DNA of 64,000 nt from Octopus sinensis (lineage: Eukaryota), in contig NC_043007.1 of assembly GCF_006345805.1 (NCBI RefSeq), positions 76,198,001 to 76,262,000 of the forward strand. Reading direction: 5' to 3'. Below the pieces are notes generated by a model, which was given only the letters and a program-made list of their open reading frames with translations, searched no databases and was not told where the DNA came from. Within the stretch, counting starts at the first letter, position 1. The number at the start of each line of letters is the position of its first letter. The position numbers and the translations under genes were made by a program. Positions 56,445 to 64,000 of the stretch are shown here, one piece after another.

Positions 56445-57621
56445 TTTTTGTGTGTGTGATTGTGTGTGTGTGTGTACCTGTATGTATGAAAGTATGTATA
56501 TATATATGCCTGTATATGTGTGTGTGTGATCCATAGATGAGACCCAGAGATTCTCACTATGGAGAACATTTAGTTGTGCTCAAATGATTCAAACATACAC
56601 TGATGTATTTAAAGGAAACCCTCTCCACGGGATAAGCAATGACTAAACGTGTGATAAAGTTGACCAGATTTAGAGGCAGTTATTAGAAGTATTAAATATA
56701 GCAATTTTGATATGACCTACAAAATATGTATATATGTATGCATGCAAAACGAGAGAAAGCGAAGTGAAGACTTTCAGATTATGAATATTTAAGTATAAAT
56801 AGACAGATATTAATATTAATAGATACAACTTACACAGAGAACAAACGACAGAGGAAATTAAAGGGTTGGAAGAAAGGTATTATACGCCCAACAGTTGCTG
56901 GAATTATAAAACCTTTATTCCTGACACTTTAATTTTTGTCTGTCATCTTTACTGTATGTAAGTTAGATCTATTAAAGTAAATATCTGCGTATTTATTATT
57001 AAATATTCATTGACTGAATTTCTCCAATTTTTTTTTACTCTCGTTTTGCATGCATACATATATACATATTTTGTATTTCATATCCGAACTGTTATAATAT
57101 TTGATACATCTAATTTGTCTATCTGAATAATCGTCAATTGCCTCTATATATATTTGTGCGTGAGTGCATGCATATATGTTTGCATGTTTATATATATATA
57201 TATATATATATATAGACATGAATTGGTAATGGGGACCGAGAAGGAATACCCCGAAACACAATGATTCTATGCATATCAGTAATTATGATATTATATGATA
57301 TATATAACTGGAACCGAATCAAAGCTAGAAATCTATAAAATAATTTATAAGAATTAAAATGAAAAGAATTCAGTCTATTTACATCCAGTGTTGGTATATC
57401 AAAACTTACATGCGAGAAAACATTTTTTCGGTGAAAGTAAGACACTTTTGCAGGTGAACTATTGGTTATGCTGTATACTAGTGGGAGAAGAAGAGAAAAT
57501 AGACAAGTATATCGGCTGATTTCCATTGCCTTTCCTTTAGAGATGTTTTACTGTCTATGGTACCACACTGATAGTGACGTGGCGTAAATATACACGTCAG
57601 AAATATCCGGTAAGTACTAAA

Positions 57622-57782
57622 CGTAGACTCATCGTAGACGCGCGATAATACCCAGACGGGCTCGATATGACTCACGACTATACGATACCCGGTTTTGGTT
57701 AAACAGCACCGCAAAATGTGGGAGTAGTTAGGAATCTAAATCGTAGGAGACAGACACACAACTTAACTTTTATATATAAAGA
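57622..57782 (-). mobile_element. 5' terminal fragment of the Helitron family seen at 39267-39903
   Basis: Reverse complement of ~39267-39431, with the A|TC end intact. Confidence 0.9.
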
Positions 57783-59640
57783 TATTACATGATTTAAGAA
57801 GTTTAATTTAATATTATTAAATAAATAATTAAATAAATTAAATAAATATATTAATTAATGATAGTAGTGTTGTGTTTGCAATTCTGTATGTGATTTGAGT
57901 ATTAGTCAATAAGAGTTAGTAAAAGTTCTGTAAATACTTATTAGTTAGATTTTATTTAGATGTTTATTTTATTATCAAATATTTAATGTGTTTAATGAAT
58001 ACAGATTAACTGATGGTTTATAATTTTGAATGTATAGAATAATAATTTTTTTCTTTATGTAATACATTTTTATAATGATAAAATGTACTTTATTTATTCA
58101 ATTAAAGAACGAAGTATTTGATCTAAATACAAATTAGTTTACCTATATAATAACTTTAATTTATTATTGTTTTGCATTTGTTTTGAGTATTAATATGATA
58201 TATAATATATATTTATTTTATACTACAGTCAAGTATATAGTTTGTAATAAATTTGTTAAATTAATGAATATGTATGTATTTTTTATATATTTCGAAGTAG
58301 ATTTATTTAGATGTTTATTTAATTAATACTATAAAATGAATTTTATTAAAATATAGTTTTATATTAATTAGTGGTCATAATATAGATAATGTTTGAATTA
58401 CTACTGAATTGATTTTGAATGTGTCTAATAGTTATTTTTTTATTTTATTTAAATAAATTTTGACTACAACGTAACCTTTTTTTATATAAAATTAATTAAT
58501 TTTTATAAGATTTTTAGAGTATATACAGTAGTTGGTAGTTATATAAATTATTTAATTTATAGTGTATTGAGTATAATTTATTGTAGTTATTTTTAATTAT
58601 AAATTTTATAGTATATAGTGATTTTATTCTCTAATAGTGACTTTCTTCTCTTTATCTATTATAACTAAAATATAGCCGTAATTTCCATTGACAATATATA
58701 TTCATAATTTTCATTGCTAAAATATATTCGTGGCTTTCATTTTTAAAAGAATTTTCCATCTGTTTATTCTATTTCTGTTAATAACGTAATTCCATGGGGA
58801 TTCGTATAAACGCTTAAAAGACGTTTTCCGTTTTAAAATTGTAGTTAACGACACGATTTTTGAAAGCTAAGTAAACCTTTTCTATTTAAGATTTTTGCAG
58901 ATATTTAATAAGTTTTATTGAATTGTATTGTATTGTATAACTACTGATTGTTAATTTGATTCTGTAATTATTTAGTTGTTGATGATATGTATTTACTTAT
59001 TAGATTATAACTATACGTTACTTGTAAGATATTACTTAGCCAACGAGATATATAGATCGTAAAATAGTTATACGATTCTTTTAAGATAAGTTATACGTAT
59101 ATAATTTGATTTTTAATCAATTTTTTTTACGCATTTCATAAATATATTATATTAATATTTAATATTTATGTAAGTAATAATGTACTAATTAATTTATCAT
59201 CTTCATAGATAAATACATATTTCTATCTATTTTTTTTACCTTAACAATAAATATTTAACATAATAAATGGCGTGTATGACATAATCCTAATGTTTTATGT
59301 TTCTAATTTAGACAATGGAGTTATTTTTATAAGAAAATTTATTATGTTATTTATTTCTTAAAGAATATTGTTTAACTCTGCTTTTTTATTTAATTATTAT
59401 CCTTAACCTGAAGATTGACTATAATTTTAGTTTGAATTTATTTCAATTGAATTTAAACTTAATTGTAATTCGAATTTAAAAATAAAAAAATTTTTTAAAT
59501 TAATTTTTATATTTTATATATATGTATTATACATTACGTCAATTATATTTATATTATTTATATAATTTGTTATTTATGTATGGGTTTATGTCTATCACTG
59601 TTTGAGTTGCCTAATAGTAGTTTTATCTCTAATTCATATT
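57783..59640 (+). mobile_element. 3' remnant of the Naiad-type Penelope element, copy B
   Basis: Matches 25813-28481. Confidence 0.88.
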
Positions 59641-60046
59641 TTATATATTATACTGTGAAATTTGATTTAATCCTAAATCTAATATTTCCCTGTAAGTTTG
59701 GAGCCAAACTCCCTAATATTATTATATATACACCCCCACACACACACATATATATATTTATATATATATATACTCTCTCTCTCTCTTACTATATATATAT
59801 ATAATTAATAATATATATGTAATTAAAAGTATTAATAAGGAACTCATGATACGTAGGTAATCGTTATATTTTATAAATTTTCATTTGATTTGCTCATTTT
59901 TTACATTTTGGCATTTGCTGGTAAGGCGATTTGACGTCTATCTCTAGCGTATAGGAATCCACTTTTGTAGTCATTCCTCTCATCAACTGTAATATATATA
60001 TACATACATGCACTTTAAAGGGCCCGCACACACAAACACTCACACG

Positions 60047-60091
<45 letters not shown>

Positions 60092-63000
60092 TTTGAAGTG
60101 GTATACAAATTTTGTATATTGAGAATAAGTAGGCAGCCAGAACTTTGGGATAATTCTTCTGTGAGAAGGTTTTATATGTGGACTATACCTGCAACCCATT
60201 TGATGGTCTACAATACAGTTTGCATCAACTTATAGTTACAATTTATGTGTCGACATACTCTAGAAAATTACATTTCTTCAAGATGCAACGAAATTTTAAA
60301 AAATCAAATCCATGCTCACATGATTCGTTTTCTGGCATCTGCCTTTCGTGTAAACAGACGTCTTTTACGACTGTTCCCATTCTGACAGGAACCCAGGATA
60401 AGCGACCCTCCACGGATATATATCGTCTTGCTGCACCGCTGAAATCTATAAGTTTTTTTTCATTTTCTCTCTGTTTATTTTCTTTCATTCTTTTCTGTTA
60501 AAGAGCGTAGGCTCGAAACGTAAAAATCATTTTCATTTTCCCGAGCGTCAAACTAATACACTTACTTGTTGTTCATACTCCTGTCTTCGCCTTTTGTTTT
60601 CCTATAAATTTCAACTATGTATGAGTGTGTGTGTGCGTGTGACAGTGTATGCGCGTTTGTGATTATATATATGTATATGCATTTTTCTTCTGATCTCTAT
60701 ATATATGTACGAGTGTGTTTGTGTGTCTGTGTGTGTGCCTCTGTCTGTCTGTCTGTGTCTGTGCCACTTTGCGTGTTTATGTGGTATGCGGTATAGATAA
60801 TAAAATACGTTAAATCTAGTCTGTATAATCAGTTTTGTGCTGTTCAGTTCTTGCTCCAAAAACATTTGGGGAAAATACAAGTTTCATACTGGAATTATAA
60901 ATTCATAACGCTTCTAGAGAATTCTTACAAACGTAGGTATATAGATAAATATATATTTCTCGATATGTTTTTACTTACAATTTCGTCTTTGATTTAGATT
61001 TTACATCGAAAGGGGATAATTTTTCTTGTTATGACAGTGTAAACAATCAATTAAGGAAGCAATATATAGCATACACTAAACCATACTCTGATACTGACTT
61101 TGGTTAGCAGCGAGTAGCTTTTATAAGTATGGTGAAACATATTTTTAAATTGAAATGGCTTATGTTTGAGTGTGTTTGGTGTTTAGTGTTTGGTTAATCC
61201 TATATAAAATGTCTCGAGAAATTGAAAGTCTGTAAATGAATTGGTTGTAAAACTGAATTAGTGTAAAAAAATTAAATAGTGAAAAAACAAAACAAAAGCG
61301 TAGCTTGTTAGTATGATTAAGTTCAGTTTTATCGCAGCATATTTCCAAATGATACTTAATGATAGTTATTTGACATTAAAGTCGCTAATTAGCTAATCGT
61401 GTACTCGTATGTGTTTTGATAATGAAACTTAGTCTTGCCAACATATATTTTACAGGCTTTGCCATGAACTGCCTCAAGTTTTTCTTTAAACATGTTTGAT
61501 CGGTAATCAAATAATTTGATTTATCACTTTGCCTTCTAACAGGCAAGCTTGATTTGACAACGTTAAACATTTTCTGATCACATGGATTAGACCCCCACAA
61601 CACAACAAAATGACTTGTGTTCTTATTTTAGAGGGCGCTCCAAGTTGTTATTTGGGTATTTGTTTCACACACTCAATAAAATTTTGTACAAGTTACGTCG
61701 GATTGTTTTGTTTAAACAAAAATTTATTTGCTCTGTGAGTCGTTCTTTTCTGGTACTAATAGCGATGACATAAATTTTTCTGGCTACACACTGTGGAATA
61801 TTACGATCTTTATGTACTAAACTGAATGATTTAAATTCCTTGCACCTATCTGTGTCTGACTTTATAATATATATATATATGATGTTGGTATTTTTTAGAA
61901 TTGCAGTTATTTCGGGAAACCGCAATTTGTTATGTTCGTCTCCTATGCAAACTTCAGAGTTTGGTGAAAATTGTTCAGAAGAATACTCAAGTCTACTAAA
62001 ATGTTTCTAAATTTTATTTAATAAGGAAACAGTCATCAAACAAGCATTTGCGTGCCTCTTGCATATTTTCAAACTTCAGTACAACTGCTTTCTTGTAGTT
62101 CTTTGTGTAGTATTTATTCCAAGTGTTCATTGGTGGCTTTGCATGCATTGCAGCAAATTTGATTGGCATGTCTGCATCTCACATTTGAAGATAGTTTTTC
62201 GCATCAGTTTCAAAATAATGCTAAGAGCATCTGATATTACAATCCATTGTAAATCTTCTGGGAATTACCAAATAAATAAGTGTGAAAGATTGAAGAGCTG
62301 ATTTTTTAAACACAGATGTAGTTCAAGGTGACGAAAAGCAGGCGTGGGCTCCGCAGAATATATAAGGTGGATGGAAAATGGTTTCAGGCAAATGGCGAGA
62401 ACATTGCTTGGGTTTCGAAATAGGGAATAATAGATCCAGGATAGTAATACGAGGGTAACGTGACTGATAGTCTTTGTAGTGTGTAAGAATTATATGTGAA
62501 AGACGAGACATTGAGATCTGGAAATGTAAGGCTCTTGTGTTGTCAATATAGTTTACAAACGTATTGTGCAGCCGCTAGTCGTATGAGATGTAGCAGTTAT
62601 AATGAATGAACAAATGCAATAAATGAAGAATAATAACTATAGGAAAAGGATGGGCATGAAAAGAATATCATTTTATATTGCACTATTTGGTCATTCAGGG
62701 TAACTACCACTGTCATTGACATCGGTGGGCGAAGAATTCAATGCAAACACGTTACATGTCGTTTTAAGAATAAGGGAGTTTAGAGATCCAGCTATCGCCA
62801 AAGTGGGGACTCCTATTCGTATCGGGTGCAAAAGAAAGGCGGAAGAGACCCCGGACGAAGTTAGTGCACAGGCAGAGTAAAACTTTTGGGTTCGGAGCAG
62901 AATGTCAGAAGAAATGTGGATTTTCTACTTACAAATAATTCAGTAGGTAGAATCGGAGTGAAAGGGAAAGGAGCAACTATAAAGGTAGGAGAACATAAAG

Positions 63001-63519
63001 TTCAGTGTGTCTGTGTACAGTGGGATTCAGTGGATCTGGAACGCAATTTGTAGAACAAAGTATTTTCGAGATATGAAATATCGATCCGATTTGTAACTGA
63101 ATTCTCATCTGTAGAGGACAGAATCTTTGCTCGAGTTGTTTTCAACAGAATAATAACTCACTTGGGAAACCATGTTTACCCTGAATCTTTAGAGCTGGGA
63201 GAGAAACTATTGACATGATATATATATATATATATATATATATGTTACTTGCCGCAAGTTACAGAGGAAGTACGGGAGAAGAGTGAAATATTTATGGTCT
63301 TTGATGACTTATCAAAGGGTTTTGTTTTTGTCTGTTGATTCTTTGTGGTCAAGAGATTGGGATTCTTAACAAAATGCCCAGTGTTATAACTGGGCAATTT
63401 GTTCCATGCAACACATACAAGCTTCTGTTAAGTCAGGTAGCACTTCGTCAGATCCTCTACTGCAAAAGGTTTGACAAAGAATTGGTGCATAATGGCTCTT
63501 GTTTAGTCTTCTGTTTATT

Positions 63520-64000
63520 TTTCTATGATGCTAGAGTATGCATTCAAGGACAATAATATTGGTGTTTTATTTGAATTTAGAACATCAGATGGGTGGGCTC
63601 TTCAGTCACCGAAGATTTGAGGTAGATACCTTTACTAGGACGAAAATGCATTTAGGCTTCTTGTTTGCTAATAGTAGCTGCTTTTTTCCTGGGAGCTCAA
63701 GAAATCGTAAGCTAGTTTTTCCTCTGCGGCAAAAGCGTTTGGCCTAACAATAAGTGTGTAAAACATAGAACCCATATACCAACCAAGACCAATATTTATC
63801 CAAAGAAGAGACATAACACTACCAGTCTTCAATACAGTTCACCAGCACGTAATGGTCTTGCAGACAAGCCTGTAAAATATGTGAAATATTTCCCATACTT
63901 AGGAAGTAAAATCAGTTCTTCTTTAGATGGTGAACACAGATTGAGCACTTTGGTGAAAGGCCCGATCAAAAGAATGCAGTTTCTTTTCAACGTTTCGTGT
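63520..64000 (+). mobile_element. Old RTE-like RT fragment
   Basis: GVLFEFRTSDG, FLFANSSC (decayed LLFADD) and VKYFPYLGSKISS. Confidence 0.7.

Larger units (their letters stand above)
41111..63500 (+). repeat. Segmental duplication, copy B
   Basis: Same order of Gypsy, Helitron, mariner, SINE and Penelope remnants as copy A, with scattered substitutions. Confidence 0.95.

Overview
AT-rich, microsatellite-dense eukaryotic DNA. The SINE families and TE mix point to an octopus-type (cephalopod) genome; this is an inference. I recognise no intact host gene. Most track ORFs are microsatellite or antisense artefacts, or TE fragments. The window is dominated by a diverged direct segmental duplication, copy A (1-~36008) and copy B (~41111-63500), which differ by several multi-kb indels. 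TE remnants include Gypsy LTR, Penelope-like (including Naiad-type), RTE, RLE/Dong-like LINE, mariner, non-autonomous Helitrons and two tRNA-SINE families. Less obvious signals are: (1) about seven hammerhead ribozyme motifs, two with intact cores and long stem II insertions; (2) three paralogous 63-65 nt minus-strand exon-like cassettes, with splice donors kept in copy B and lost in copy A; (3) a SINE that repeatedly inserts into itself; (4) a possible decayed HNH/NUMOD-type ORF. All alignments and folds were done by eye, so boundaries are approximate.
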